From contig MU053216.1 of assembly GCA_013239625.1 (NCBI GenBank), positions 744,001 to 808,000 on the forward strand: a stretch of 64,000 nucleotides of DNA, in the 5' to 3' direction. This document shows positions 47,344 to 61,035 of this stretch, piece after piece. A program made the position numbers and the translations under genes. Source of the stretch: Lama guanicoe (Eukaryota). The stretch's first letter is position 1; each line of letters opens with the position of its first letter. The notes below the pieces were generated by a model. The model was not told the origin of the DNA and did no database searches. It saw only the letters and a program-made list of their open reading frames with translations.

Positions 47344-50300
47344 AGCTCTTCCTCGCGCTGCGCGGGCACATGGGTGTGGGCATCCCTGGTCTCTGGGGAC
47401 AGGAAGCCCGCGTGCGGTGGGTCGGGGAACCTGAACCCTCCCCAGAGGGCTTCCTCCAGCCGCCTCTCGGCCCCTTTCCAGGCTTTTAAAGTGGTGGGAG
47501 TAGGAGCATGGGATCAGCACATCCCCTAAAACCAGGTCTGCACAGGGTGCCGCGGGGGGTGCCAGGCAGGTGGGGCACAAGTGCCAGAGGCAGCTCAGAA
47601 CTGTCCTCCTTACGGAGGGCGGGGGATGAGCACCCCCTCACCCGAGCAGTAGCCAGGGTCAGTGCCTCCATCCAGGGGGCATTTTCAGCTGACTGATTAG
47701 GAAGAAAAGGACCCCAAGAGGTGAAGATTTCAATGCAGAGTAAGAAAAAAGTGGGGCCCAGCAGGAGAGCTCTCCCACCCCTCCCTTCAGGGAATTCCTG
47801 GTAACTCAACCCCCTTTGGAGGAGGAAGGAGGCGGCACTGGGGCCTCACCGCCCCCTCCCCTGCCTCCTCCGGGCCTCACTCCCTGCCTCTGGGAGGGGC
47901 TGCGTGTGGAAGGCTAGTCCCAGTCCCAAAGTGACCCGGCAAACTGGGAGGACACCTTAGGTTACAGCCGCAGTTTCTTTAAACAAGAGAAGCAATGCCA
48001 GCACTGTTTGTTAAAAGCCCCAAAGTACCGAGCTAAGCTGACTGAGAACCACAGAGGCTCTGGGTTTGGGCCACGTGGGTAACAGCCACGCGCAGAGACC
48101 CAGGCCCAGGCCTCTCATCTCCTCACCTCTCAGCTTCCGGGCTACGTTTTCACCAATGTTAAGGCAGAGGAGATTCTCACCCACCCCACCCACTCCCCTC
48201 CTGCAGCAAGGCCTGGTTGGTGCTTTGAGTCCTGGAGAAGCCTCCTTCTCCCCCCCCCCCCGCCCCCGACTGGCTACAGTCCTCGGGGTGCCCAGCGCCA
48301 CCGCTCTGGCAGCAGCTCCAGCAGGTGGGAAACCTCACAGAGGCAACTCAGTCCTGGACCCCCGAGCAGTCTGAGTTGGGGAGGGGTCTGTTTCTGAGGG
48401 TGCACTGTGGCCAAGTTTCCCAAACATGCTTTGAGATCAGAGGTGAGTCCACAGCGGCAGTGCTCCCCCACCAACCTCTCAGGCGACCCCCTAGCATGGG
48501 GGGAAATTGGTTTGTATCCCCTTTACGCTTTCTGAGTTGTGGGATTTAGGAAAGATGCCCCAGGCTGACCAGCTTTGGGCGGTATCAGCAAGGCACCTCG
48601 CTCCAGGACGGTGTCCCTACCCCCCCTCCCCCTCCTGGCCGTCTGTCCTGGTCCCTGCCGGCCACCCTACCCTCACCACCACCCGAAACGGACGGTGAGT
48701 CTCAGAGCCCCTGCCTGTGCAGCTGTGCTGGGGCCAGCCTGGCTCATCTGGGCAACAGCTTAGGGAGCTGGGCACCATGAGGGATTCTCTTCAGGCTCAG
48801 CCAGCACGGAATCCCGAGTAATGCGACTTGGTCTCAGCCAGAGGAATGTCACCAGCAGGAGATGTTTTTCCTCCAGATCTGGCTGTGTGGTTTCCATAAG
48901 GTTTCCTCCTTTGTGGCTTTCTGGGCAGAGCCTGAGGGGAGGGAGAAGAGGCCTGGAAGGGGTAGAGCACAAGGCTTTACTTGGAGGACGCCAGCAAGTC
49001 TTTTGTGTGGGGGACTGAGCTGTCCCTGGACCTGCCTGCACAGCCCTGCAGAGCCCAGCCTCCTCTCTCTGCCTCCTCACACCGGCAGCCTGCCCAACTT
49101 CCCCTCCCCAGGCACTTCACCCCCCACAGAAATGGGGGAACAGGCCCGAAAGAGAGCAAGTCTCAGCCAGCAGCTTAGCAGGGGAGGGGTCCCATCTTTC
49201 AGGGTCCCCCAATAAGAGAATTCTGGGCCAGAGGATCTGTGAACCCCCTCCTTCTTGGCGCCGGTTCCTGAGCAGCCAGAACCCAATAGAATCTGAGGTT
49301 TTCCTCTGCGTCGCCCCCTTCCTTCTCAGCGAGGAACGTGGGCTGCACGGAGAGTCTACCTCCCTCCACTTTGGGACCCACCTTCCTGTTGTGGCAGGCT
49401 GGAGTGGACAGTCACCAGGAAAGACAAGGGTCCCTGGAGGCTCCTTGGGTGAAGACCATGCAAATCTGTACCTGCTGTTTTCAGCCAACAGGTCAAGGCC
49501 CTTTGGGTAACTGAACAGAAGGGCTATCTGGGTGCTTTTGTGAAGACAGGTAATCACAGCCTCCCTGATCAGCAGCCCCCACCTCACCCATCATGGGGAG
49601 GGGGCAGAGTGTAGGGGACTGCGGTCTAGCTGCCTGGACAACAGTAGGGGGCACGCAGGGATGACTCTGAGCTGTCTTTCTAGGTCCCCGGCTGCGGGTT
49701 GTAGCCTGGGGCAGAGTGGCTGGGGGCCCGAGGCGCAGGGTGGAGGGGAGACACCTGCTGAAAGGCAGCTGAGAGTTAAGCACTTTTCCAGAAAGAAAAC
49801 CCAGCCAAAGAGGGAGAGAAAAAAGACCTGTCCATCTCAGCCAGCCCGCTCCAAGCTCCTCCCCCAAAGAGCCCTTGGGAGGCAAGATCCTGTCCATCTC
49901 CGGTGCCGGGTCCACCAGGTGGCTCTTTACAGGGGCAGCCGAGACCTGGAGAGGCCAGGGAATGTCCAATGCAGAGGGCGGGGCTCTTCCATCCAGATCC
50001 CCTCCCCCCCGCCCCTTTCCACACACACCTTGAAGGATCTCAGGCCCAAGGTCTCCAGACCAGTGCCCCACTGCCAGCAGAGACACCCAAAGATAGCTGG
50101 GGGGAGGCTCTGGTTGTCTCCCTGACAGTTACCTCAGACGCTGTGGGTTTGGTGAAAGCAAGGCAAGAAAAAAGGGAGAAAGACTTGCCGGAAAGTTCCG
50201 TGTGGTCTGGGTTCCTGGGTCACCTGTCTGGGCCCGACCACAGCCCGGAGTTCCTGCTGAGCCCCAGAAGTGAGACCCTCGAGAAGCCCAGGGCCCCAGG

Positions 50301-51789
50301 GTCGGCTCTGTCTCTGGACAGACTCCCACGTCCCCTCTTTCCCACCATTTCTGGAGCTCTTCACCCCTTTGGCAGAAAAGTCACACAGCAGGGGGAGCTG
50401 GGCCTGGAGACACCGCTGTATCTTGTATCCCAGCCGGACTGAGCTGGCAGCATCTTGGCAGACGCAGGACAGAAAGCGTGTCAGCACGCAGAGAGAGGTG
50501 GAGAGAGAGAATTAAACCAGAGTGGGGGAGGGGGTGAACTAACCGTGATCACCCTGTGCTGGGGCCTCACGCGGGCCCTGGGGAATGACCGGGCCACTTC
50601 TCTAATCCCAGCTTTTCCAAACCTACCCCAGACCCCGGCGACTCCACTGAATTCTGGGGAATCATTTGTTGTGACCTTGGTAGGAAAACCTATAAAAGTC
50701 ATTCCTGGCCTCTGGGTGTCCCTTTCACATTACAAAACAGGGTTTTATTTCCAAATGACCCGGTGACCTCAGGCGAGCAGGTGTCATTACACTGGCTTTA
50801 CAATACTGTGCCCAGGAAGGTCTGGAGAGCAGCCACAGGCACGGGAGCCATGACGACGCAGCCCCAGGTCAGGGGCCACGGGAGCCCCAGTGGCTGTCGT
50901 GGCCACTCGGGGAGGCAAGGGTTTTCAGGAGCTCCCTGTGTGTGACCCTGGCGAGCTCTCCCCTCCTGACCCAGCAAGGCTGCAGGCATCCTCACCAACC
51001 TCCAGGCCCCGCCAGAGGGACACACTGGGCAGCCCTGAACAGACCCGCTCCGAGAATCCAGGTGTCAGAGCCCAAAAAAACCTTCGGAGAGCATCCAGCT
51101 GGGCTCCCTCATCCTCCCAGAGGACAGGAGGGCTCAGAAAGGGCAAGCGAGGTGCTCATGGCCCTCCTTCCGTAGAAGCCTCTTGATTCCCAGGACAGCG
51201 CTCCTCCCCAACCCCTCCCCAGGGCAGCCAGCCGGCCGGGGCTCAGAGGGAAAGCTTCCGAGGGTGGGAGGAGAGTCTGGATCGGGCCCTGGAGCCAGCA
51301 GATGGACTGTGGAGTGTCCCAAACAAAGCCCAGCCCTTCTTGGCCGGGCGAGATATCCCAGGGTAGGAAGTGAGCCAGCTGGGGGAAGGGGTCCGGCTTC
51401 CAGCTGTGTTACCGCTCCCCAAATATTTACAGGACCTCCAAGGAGGCTGGCCTTTCTCACCACCGCACAGCTGGGACGCGGGGCAGCCCCGCCAGATCTC
51501 ACACAGTGGGCTACTGTGTTAGTTGTCTCAGCTTAACACCCTCTGTCCATGTCCCAAACCTCAGTGCCTGTGTGGTTCCGAGAGCACTGGGCGGACGGAA
51601 CGGTGGGCACGGGGCCAGCAGGGAAGCTGCCCCTCCAGCAGGGCCTGGAGGACGCTGGCTGCCCCGGGCAGATACGAGCGTGTGAGCGTGTGTGTGTGAT
51701 TTCAGGAGTCCCAGGGTCCCCATTACTGAGTTGGACCTCTAATCTCTGGAGAGAAATAGAAATAAAATCTCATACCACGTGCGGATGCA

Positions 51790-52365
51790 CTGTAAATGCC
51801 TGTCTCCTTTTACCCTGAACCCTGCTCTCCACCTCCACCTCCAGCCCCGCCCCTGCTCCAAGCCGCCATCCTCTCCTGCCCAGCAGCCTCCTTCCCACGC
51901 TCCCCAGGCCCCCGTGGCAACACGTGTCAGGCCTCATCGCTCCTCTGCCTGAACCCGCCTACGCCCTCCCCTCATCTGCGCCACCCGGCCCCTGGCTGCC
52001 TCCTGACCTCATTTCTGACCGCCGTCCCTCGTTTACTCTGCTTCAGCCATGCTGACCTCTCTGCAGGTCCCTGAACACGTGCCCTTCTTGCCTCAGGGAC
52101 TTGAACGTGCTCTCCTGTGCACGGTTTACTGGCGTTTCCCCCGACCACCCTCTCTAACACCCCCACCCTGCCACTCTGCCCCTCGCCCTGCGCTACCACC
52201 CTCAGGGCGCAGGTCCCTCCTAGTCTACTGTATACTTGCCAGCTGGCTTGCTGGCCCTCCCTCGTCTGTACATGAGTGTAAGAATGCTGTCTTCTCCCTC
52301 CTGCTGTACCCCCGGGCCTGGGGCTGAACGGGCTCGACAAGTACTCACTGGACATGTGAATAAGC
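51790..52365 (+). mobile_element. L2 LINE 3' fragment
   Basis: ctccaagccgccatcctctcctgcc...gcctcagggacttgaacgtgct...tactcactggacatgtgaataa. Confidence 0.6.
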
Positions 52366-52379
52366 AACTCAAGGCAGCT

Positions 52380-52495
52380 GTCATCCCCTTTCCTTTCAGA
52401 CAGTGAGACTGAAGCACAGAGAGGCTAAGTCACCCATCCAGAGTCATGCGGGCAAGGGTGGCAAAAAATGTCCAGGTCCATCGGACTCCAGGGTG
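52380..52495 (-). mobile_element. MIR fragment
   Basis: cagacagtgagactgaagcacagagaggctaagtcacc. Confidence 0.65.
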
Positions 52496-55399
52496 TTCCA
52501 GGGGCATGGCCAGCCTGCCTCCCAAGAACAGGAACCTACGTACAGGGACCGGAGGAGAACAGAGACATACAGCTGCTGCCACCCAGCCTTCGGGGCAGCT
52601 GCTCAGAGCTGGGGAGGGCAGGACCTCACATAGGAGCCTAAATCCAGAAAACAGCAACCATTCGAGGACAGGTCAGCACAGCCACGGGGCAGCTGGCTAC
52701 GCCCGGGGCCCCTCTGCAGGGGCTTGGGGCTCAGAGAGGGATGGTGACAGGCAGGTGATAAGCCCGCGTCCTGGGGGCCTCTGCTACGGAAAGTCCCACT
52801 ACCCGAGTCTGCCCACGTGGCCGCGCCCATGGAGGGGGGTCACTCCTGAAGCGCCCCTTGTCATCAGACCTACAAGGACCAGGGCACAAGCGAGACAAGG
52901 GATAGGAAGGCTGAGAGACGGAGGTGACCAGTGAGAAGAGAGGCCAGGAAAGAAGCCAGTCGGTTGGGGGTGAGCAGCCAGGAAAAGAGGACAGCAGCTC
53001 GACGGAGATGCGCCCCGTCTCTCCAGCCGGAGACTGGAGGCACAGGCAGGGCACAAGGCAGCCGCCTTTAACACGAGCTGGCCCCGGGAGCAGGGCGGGT
53101 GGGCTGGCGGGAAGGCTCGCCCTGCTCTGGGTCCGGCCCCCGGGGGCCGCTCCATCTTGGGGCTCACCGGCCTGTCAGGATGCCGGCTCCCCGCCCTCAG
53201 CCAGTGGACCTGGTGCACACACTGCCTCTGTGTATCCGGCCCCTCACACACGTGTTTGGACGGGTCTCACACAGCGTCTGTCTCTCACTCCCCTCCTTGG
53301 CGTGCACGTCACGAAGGCACTGGCTGTGTGTACTGATGGCACAAGCCCCGGCAGCCTGTCCTACCTCGTCTCTCTGTGACCCTGTCTTGCACATTCCGTG
53401 AGTGTGGATCTGTCTGATGCGGCTGCGTGCCTGTGGTCTCTCTGGGCCTCACTCTTCCTGCCTGTTTCTCAAATCCAGACTTTCATGCGTCTGCCTTTGC
53501 TCACCTGCAAATCACCCGACAGGCAAGGATGTCCTCGCACGCGTCTCAGCGGGCAAGGGCCCCGCCCGGCCTGCTGGCTTGTCTTCAGCTGCAGTGAATG
53601 GTCTTTTGCTGCCTGACCAGAGACATCTGATAGCCCAGAGGCCACAGCTGGCCCCCCGGAGCATCCTGGGACCTGGGACAGCTCCGCCCTTGAGCCGGGC
53701 CCACAGAGCCCCAGTCATAGGCGTGGTTGGCTCCCTCTGTCCCCAGCTGTGGCTGCAGTGGTTTCCCAAAGCACGACTCCACGTGAAGACGGAGAGGTCG
53801 CTCAGGGGCATTGTGGGAGGGTCTCTAAAGAAGACGCACGGTCCGCTGACAGCATGGCCTGCAGGGGGGCTGAGGGAAGCTCCTACCCCAGTGGAAGGCG
53901 TGGGGTCCCTGCCCCTGACGCCTCCCCAGCAGAGGGCACAGGCACTGCATGCACAGGGAAAGGGCTCTGCAGTGCAGAGAAGAGCCGGGCCAGGGTGGGG
54001 CGGGGTGGGGGCCCGAGGCCCAGGTTTGCTCTGGTGCCGCCACTTGTAAGTTTGTGCTCCTGGCGCACTGAGCGGAGTTCCAGGTTCCTCACCTGTCAGC
54101 TGCGGGAAAGAACACCTAATTCGTGATGCTGTTAAGATTAAGTAAGATAAAGCCCCTGGTGTTTTGTGAACCACATGTGATGCGATTGTCAGGCAGCCAT
54201 GAAAGCACAAGCCACCACGGTGCAGGCGGGGCCCTGGTTCCAGGATGACCTGGGGTGGGACAGGGCCCACCCTGCAGAGGAACTGGGCAGGGCCGCAGGG
54301 GGTGGGTCTGGCAGAGACCAGAGAGCGACTGGGCACCGCCACCCAGGTTGGAAGGGTCCTTTCCACAGGTGGCCTTCAAACCTCTAGAGCTTTGGTTTTC
54401 TGGGGGCCAACCAAGAGAAGGGAGGGAGGTGACACGTGCTGAGCACCTGCTGTATGCCCAGCATGTTAACACAATGCACTGCAGCATCCCATTCCCGCTA
54501 GAGCAGTGCGCACTTTCCCAAAGCCTCAGAGCTAGGATCTGAGCCCACTCCAAATTTGTGCTCTTCCTGTAATATCAGACGGTGTGGGCTCCCCAGGCAC
54601 CACACAAGCCCAGCTGGCTTATCCCAGAACACAAGGTGTGCGGGGCAGAGGGAGAGGCTGACGGTGAAAGAGGAGAGAGGAGCAGGCGGGTAGGCAGTGG
54701 ACGGGGCCGGCGGGGGGATGCCAAACCATCCCAGCAGCTTCCTCAGCCTGCCCCCGTCTCGACTGTCAACCAGACTGCATGCCAACAAGCGCAGAGAAAC
54801 CCAGCAGCTCTGCTGCAGGCTACCAGGATGCTCCAGAGGGGCCCCTCCCCAGCCTGCGTCGGTTGCCTTGGCAACCAGCACAATCACCACCTTTGGAATA
54901 CCTGGCTCACTCCAACCTTCCAGCATCCCAGTCCGGTTTGAACAGACCCGTGGTCCTGATGGCCCCACACCGACTCAGGAGTGCTAGCCCTATTCTGTTT
55001 TAAGAATTAAGAGTGTTTTGAGAGCCAGGGGCTCTCTAAAGCCACCCACTCCCTCCCAACAGACCCAGGAGTCTTGATTCCACACCCTCCTTCCTGTCGT
55101 GCCGTCCTTTATAACTGATACTCTTTGTATCCCCACTGCGTGCCCTCTGCAGCCACAGCTCCGCAGACACAGACGGAGCCCCTCTGCGGGCACCTGTGAC
55201 TCTCAGCCTGAGGGATTCCTCTCCGCCCTTGGAGAGCAGCCAGAGAACCAGGATGCAGTATCCCGGGAGCTGCGCTCAGCCAGTCACGGACGGGAATCGA
55301 AAGAGATAAATGTGTCCTTGTCCTCGGGTGGGACGTGATCCCCGGGAGTCCCCAGGCCCCACAGACCGCAGCAGTGACCTGCACACGACGGGCCCTGCG

Positions 55400-55500
55400 C
55401 TGGCCTCCCCACCCCCATCAGTGCTTTCTGGAATTGCCTCCCAAATAAACCACTTGCACTCAAACCCTCGTCCCAAGGTCTGCTTCTGGGGACCCCATCC
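55400..55500 (+). mobile_element. ERVL LTR (LTR16-like) 3' end
   Basis: ctcccaaataaaccacttgcactcaaaccctcgtcccaaggtctgcttctgggga. Confidence 0.65.
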
Positions 55501-56229
55501 CAGGCACCCTTTACATACTACACACATGAGCTAGTGTGAGGGACAGACCACCCCGCTAGCCGGGCCACCTGTGTGGTCCCGTGGGCAATGAGCTTGGCCA
55601 CACTGCACAAGCACGTGCTGGACCCACGGCCGGTCTCCAGAGCACATGCGGGCTCCCTCTGCCACACGAGAGCCTCGTGTGAACAGGTACCACTGGGCCA
55701 GGACACATCCCACCAGCCTGATAACCTGCTTGGTTTGTTGCTGCCAAGTGAGGATCAGAAACATCACTTTTAAGCATGAAGGTTAGCATATGCTTTTCCA
55801 AATCCTGTCTCATCACGGAGAGTGAGCACGTGGCAGCTTAGGCCCGCCAGCGTGCCACCGCCTGGCGTCAAACGGCTAACCAGCAGCAGCCAGCGATCAA
55901 CGCCTGACATACACGAGGTAAACGCGTCCAAGAGTCACGGTCCTCACTCCGCCCGCCCGACGGCACTGCCTATGCCAGTAAGGCCGCTCTCGAAGGTCAC
56001 TGAACGGCACACCGCAGGACTAAAAGCACACCAGGACACTGTCACAAAGCAATAAGACCGTCCCTCACAACAGACTCACGCCCAAGCTCAGCGAGCTCGC
56101 CCGTCGAGTTTAAGAAGTCTGGTTCTGATTCTCTAACGGTCCCCTGGTGAAGACAGGGGCCATCAGGTAAATGAGCAGAACAGTAAGTTGAGATCAGAGC
56201 AAACAGATTTCAAACCAATGGTTCTTTAC

Positions 56230-56392
56230 ACGCTTTTAAGCACTCCTGCTCTTTTCCACTTGATCCTCACAAGGCAAAGTGATCACCTTTTAACAAATGA
56301 ACAAATTAAGACCCAGAGAGGTTGATGACCTGCTCAGGGCCACACAGCAGGTGAGAGGGTGCTCAGGGCGGAGCTCCAGGCATCCAGATGCC
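56230..56392 (-). mobile_element. MIR fragment
   Basis: gatcctcacaa...aaattaagacccagagaggttgatgacctgctcagggccacacagc. Confidence 0.7.
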
Positions 56393-57096
56393 CCTTCCCC
56401 GGCACCGCAGGCAACATCGGCCATGGCTGTGTGAGTGATCCAGGGTCCACACTGTAATCGTGAGCTTTACCCCCAAAGAGGCAGCAACAAACGTCTGGTT
56501 AACACCACATCACCTCTGCTGCCCAGACCGCAGCCGTCCCACCTCCCTGCTAGACTGAAGCCGCTCAGGGGCAGGAACTGTCTCCTCCCTGAGCCTGAAT
56601 GCTGGGTCCTCCCCAGGACAGCCCCTCTCCTCTGTCCCCATCCTCATGTCCACCGGCAAAAGCCAGGCCTGGCCCAGCCGCCCACTGCGTGGGATGCCTA
56701 AAGGCCTGCCAAGAATGGGGGAGACAGAGACTCTCCTCCCGCCTGCCCAAGTCCAGGAGTTCTCTCCCTTCTGTACAAACCCCACAAACCCAGTGCCCAT
56801 GGCAAGAGGGCTCTGTCACCGAAGCTAGGGGGTGGGCACCTTGGGGCCCGCCAAGCCAGGGCACGGCCAGCGAGGCCCCTGCTCGGGAGCGCAGCTGCAC
56901 GGGCCCTGGCCGCCGCTCCGCAAGGCGGGAGGGGCTCTTTAAGGCTGGAGCCCCTGCCTCTGGAAGCCCAGAGCCAGCCTGGGAGGAGGCAGAGGCCTAC
57001 GGTTTATTTTATTTGACATCTTTCAACGTCAGGACACTTCAGCGCCAAGGAGGAAACGAATCCCGTCTGTCCCCAAGCCCCAAGGACAGCTCAAGA

Positions 57097-57376
57097 GGGC
57101 AGGCTGGGGGGGCGGGGCCAGGAGGGGCCAGGCTGGGAAGGGAGGGGCCAGGAGGGGGCCANNNNNNNNNNNNNNNNNNNNNNNNNNNNNNNNNNNNNNN
57201 NNNNNNNNNNNNNNNNNNNNNNNNNNNNNNNNNNNNNNNNNNNNNNNNNNNNNNNNNNNNNNNNNNNNNNNNNNNNNNNNNNNNNNNNNNNNNNNNNNNN
57301 NNNNNNNNNNNNNNNNNNNNNNNNNNGCCAGGGCCAGGCGGGGCCAGGCGGGGGGGCGGGGCCAGGCTGGGGCCGC
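57097..57376. repeat. G-rich GGGGCCAGG minisatellite spanning an assembly gap (N at 57162-57326)
   Basis: The same GGGGCCAGG unit occurs on both sides of the 165 Ns. Confidence 0.88.
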
Positions 57377-58479
57377 CAGCCGCACGGTGCGGGGCGTGGG
57401 GACCACCTGAGGACAGTTTCTGGGAGACCCGCCGAGCCCAACACACCGGCAGGGCTCCGTTAAGGAGGCTGGTCAGCTCTGGCTAAGATTCTGCGGCTGT
57501 GGGCCGCTGGACAGCGCTCCTGCCAGTATCGCAGAGACAAGGCTACAGCAGATGACAACCGCCCCTTGGAGGTGTGCGACAGGCAGCGCTGCTGGTGACA
57601 CGGCTGGGATTCCTGCCTGACGCTGCGAAGCCCAGACACAGCCTAGAGCATCACTGGCCTGGCGGAAATGGAGACAGTGAGAGGCAGGTTCAAGTCAAAG
57701 GAGGGAGGGGCCGCAGGGCAGTCCTGCATCCACCTCTGCAGGTGCGGCCCTCCACCCCTCCCGCCCCGAACCCCAGGCCAGTGACACAGAGATGGCTGTG
57801 CAACTTACCTTCTTACTCAGATTAAATTCCAGACCTTCCTATCTTCAGAAAAACAAATTCCTTTTCTTTTTTCAAGAGGTAAAAGCGTCCTGAGCTGCCA
57901 TTTGGACAATCAGCAGCCCGTCGATGTTGCTGGTGGTGGTGCACGCCGGGCACCACCCTGCAGGACCCGAGGCAGGTGGCAGTCAGTCCAGGGGCCAGAG
58001 TTTAAGAGGACCATTCACAGCCTGAAACCTTCCAGAGGAGGGTGACTGGGATAACTGGGATCTGGAAAACTGGGCCATGTAAGGAAGCACTGAAATGAGC
58101 CGGGGCCTTTTTTTGGTCTTGAGAAGAAACTGAGCCATCATTGAGAACACGCCGAAATATCTGAATGAAGAGTTCCACCTCCTCTCTTTCCCTCGGATGA
58201 CAACATTTGAACCAACAGGCAGCAGTGAAGCCTTAGAAACTGTCCTGTGACCTCGCTTGTTTTGGAATGGAACGCGTCTCCTGTCACTGACCACGCAAAC
58301 CATGGCTTGAAGACTGGCTGTCGGAGTTCCTGCAGGGAAGATCTGCACACTTTATGGAAAGGACTGGCCCCAGTCACTGAGAAAAGTCAGAAACGATGTT
58401 TTCTTGAGCGAGCGGAGGATCGGCCCAGCAGGCTGGGCGTGAGACTTGGGGTCTGTATTTTTTTAAAAATCCCGTCAGC

Positions 58480-59600
58480 TTAGAGGAAAGCATTGGGGAA
58501 GAAGTTCCTGACGCAGGACTTGGCAATGAATCCTTGGCTACAACACCCACGGTGCGGGCAACAAAAGAAGCAGCAGGTAAATTGGACATCACAAGGTGAG
58601 AAGTGTGTGTGCATCCAAGGGCACAAGTGGCAGAAGGAGAAGGCGGCGCACAGGACGGCAGAAAGTGCTTCCTGCCCAAGAAGGGCCTGCCACCCAGAAC
58701 ATACAGAGCTCCTCCAACCCCACAACAGCAACGGAACGGCCCCGTTAAAAAGCGGGCGAAGGGCTGCCTTGAATGGGTATTTCTCCAAGAGGACAAAGAA
58801 CAGCTAGTAAACACGTGAAGAGGCTCGGCATCACTAGCCATTAGGGAGATGCAGGTTAAAACCGCAGCAACATACAACTGCGCACCCATCGGGATGGCTG
58901 TTATTAAAAAACCAAATAGAAAGTAGTGCCAGCGAGGATGTGGGGACACCGGGACCCCCAGGCCTTGCCGGCAGGAATGTGAAATGCTGTGGCCACTGTG
59001 GAAAACAGTAGGGAGGTTCCTCAAAAAGTTTAAAATAGAGTTACCATGTAATCCAGCAATTCCACTTCTGGGTACACACCCAAAAGAATCAGTGCACACT
59101 CTCAAGGAGATACCCGTGCAGCCACGTTCAGGGCCAGGTTACTTACGACAGCTAAAGGGGGCAACAACCCACATGTGCATGCTGCCGTGCACATGGATGA
59201 ACGGAATGTGGTCCATATGCACCATGCAATATTATTCAGCCTAAAAAGGAAGGAAATTCTGACACCTGCTACCGCAGGGATGAACCTCGAGGACAAGATG
59301 CCGAGTGAAATAACCCACTCACAAAACGACAAACACCGTGCGGTCCCACTTACAAGAAGTCCCTGGGGGAGTCACGCTCACAGAGACAGAAAGTGGAAGG
59401 GCTGGGGCCAGGGGCTGGGGCCTGAGTACAAATGGGGCAGAGTTTCAGTCCGGGGAGGTGAGCAGGTCCTGGAGAGGAGCGTCGGTGACTGCGAGACACT
59501 AGTGTGAACATCGTCAGTGCCACTGCGCTCTGCACTTAAGAGTGGCTGACGTATTAGCCATTTACCGGAGACACACTGCACCACAATTTTTAAAAATACG
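58480..59600 (+). mobile_element. L1 (L1MA/L1MB-like) ORF2 end plus 3' UTR
   Basis: Remnant PLWKTVGRFLKKFKIELPCNPAIPLLGTHPKE; aatattattcagcctaaaaaggaaggaaattctgaca; ends accacaatttttaaaaa. Confidence 0.92.
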
Positions 59601-60859
59601 TAATTTTAAAGGGTATGATCGTTTCGGCAGCTGCAGCCAATTCCCCTTCCTCATTCTAGTTTGCTGAGCTTCAGTTCGAAGAATTTGCCTTCCCGAAGCT
59701 CCCCCAGATCAGCAACCCAGGAAGGGGCCCGGCATCCGGACGGAGCAGGGGGAGATGCCTGGGGCCTGAGCACGGGCCTGGGAAGCATCCTGGGGGACAA
59801 CCCGCAGCAGACGACAGAACACCAAGAAGCCTCAGGGCCACTGCCATCCTGCACGGCTCACCAGGGTGGTTTGTGGTGGCTGCGTCGCCGGCGGGGGCAG
59901 CAGAAGCCCAGCGCTCAGCCTCACCAGTCCGGCTGGCCCAGGGCTGGGAGTTCCGAGAGGCAGGAAGTGAATGGCCACGGGCAGTGGCTGGTGGGGGAGG
60001 ACGGGTGTCACTGGTGGGTGAGAAGGGAAGGGCATAGCCCTGCCCATTTATTGAACTGGAAAAGCAGCTTTCTTAGGAGCAGGACATTTTCTAAATTGCA
60101 AAACCCAGATGGAAACCACAGTGGGGCGGGAGGACATGAGGAGGCCGGCAGGGCAAGTGTGGCTCAGGTTGGCCGGTTTCTCCAAGGTCTGCGGAACTTA
60201 GGATGCCCTGTTTCTAGCAAAAACACAACACTTAACCATGAAAACACATCCTTGAGGAGGGACTGCTTATGTTACAGTGACTGGGGCATGCACACAGAGT
60301 CCTGTCAACTCTGCCCAAGCAAGTGGAAGGACCGGCGTGCCCACAGCCCTGGCGGGGAAGGGGACGCCGGAGAGTCCGCAGACCGGAGCGCTGGGAGACG
60401 CTGCTGACTGCAGACTGACTGCAAACAAGTCCTGTCAGATTATCTTGGAACCGGCACTGCAGTCACAGCGAGGCCCACTTTACAGGGGTGGCCATGCCAA
60501 CACGCTTTTCTGGAGCCCCGAGAACTCGAGGCTCCCCTGGGCTGCTGGTGGGTGAGTGCGCAGGGAGGGAAGGCCTCATTCCCGCCAGACCAGGGCACTC
60601 TGCTTTTTCACACACACACAGTGTCCAGAGGGAAGAGGAGAAGGAAAGCGTGCAGAGGCATCTGTCCTGGCTCCCCCAGCACGCACACCCCACCTCTGAA
60701 TCTATGCCCCCACGACTGTCCCTGCTGCTGACCCCAACGGGCTCTGCTCAGACTGCCCAGGGCCTCAGGGCAGGGCTGGGGCCCTCAGGGGCAGGAGTCC
60801 GTCCCCTCCTTTGGAGGGGTATTTTAGCAATAGTAACAGCAGTAACCACAGCAATTAAA

Positions 60860-61035
60860 ATTAACAGCTAATACGTTATCGAGCAAAAAGCCAGCGAGTA
60901 TTCCAAGCACTTTACGTGATGAATGCCCGTAATCCTCATAACCACCCTGAGACAGGTTCTACTGCTACCTGCATGGGGCAGGTAGACAAACCGAGTTCAG
61001 AGAGGTTAGCTGGCTTGCCCGCGCTCACACGCGGT
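60860..61035 (-). mobile_element. MIR SINE
   Basis: aagcactttacgtg...taatcctcataaccaccctgagacagg...cagagaggttagctggcttgccc. Confidence 0.75.

Larger units (their letters stand above)
46390..47430 (-). promoter_or_regulatory. CpG island and intronic alternative promoter of NAV1
   Basis: Very dense CpG, GC boxes and G-runs; TATA-like TTTAAG on the minus strand near 47045-47050, upstream of the alternative first exon. Confidence 0.85.

Noticed and set aside
46211-47580. Overlapping 407-aa and 406-aa ORFs on opposite strands
   Set aside because: Stop-codon depletion in the CpG island; only the 53-nt coding first exon has splice and phase support.
57795-57815. Perfect minus-strand donor AAG|GTAAGT (a similar AAG|GTAAGA lies at 21589)
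   Set aside because: No convincing paired acceptor or coding frame; isolated consensus donors are expected by chance in a 47-kb intron.
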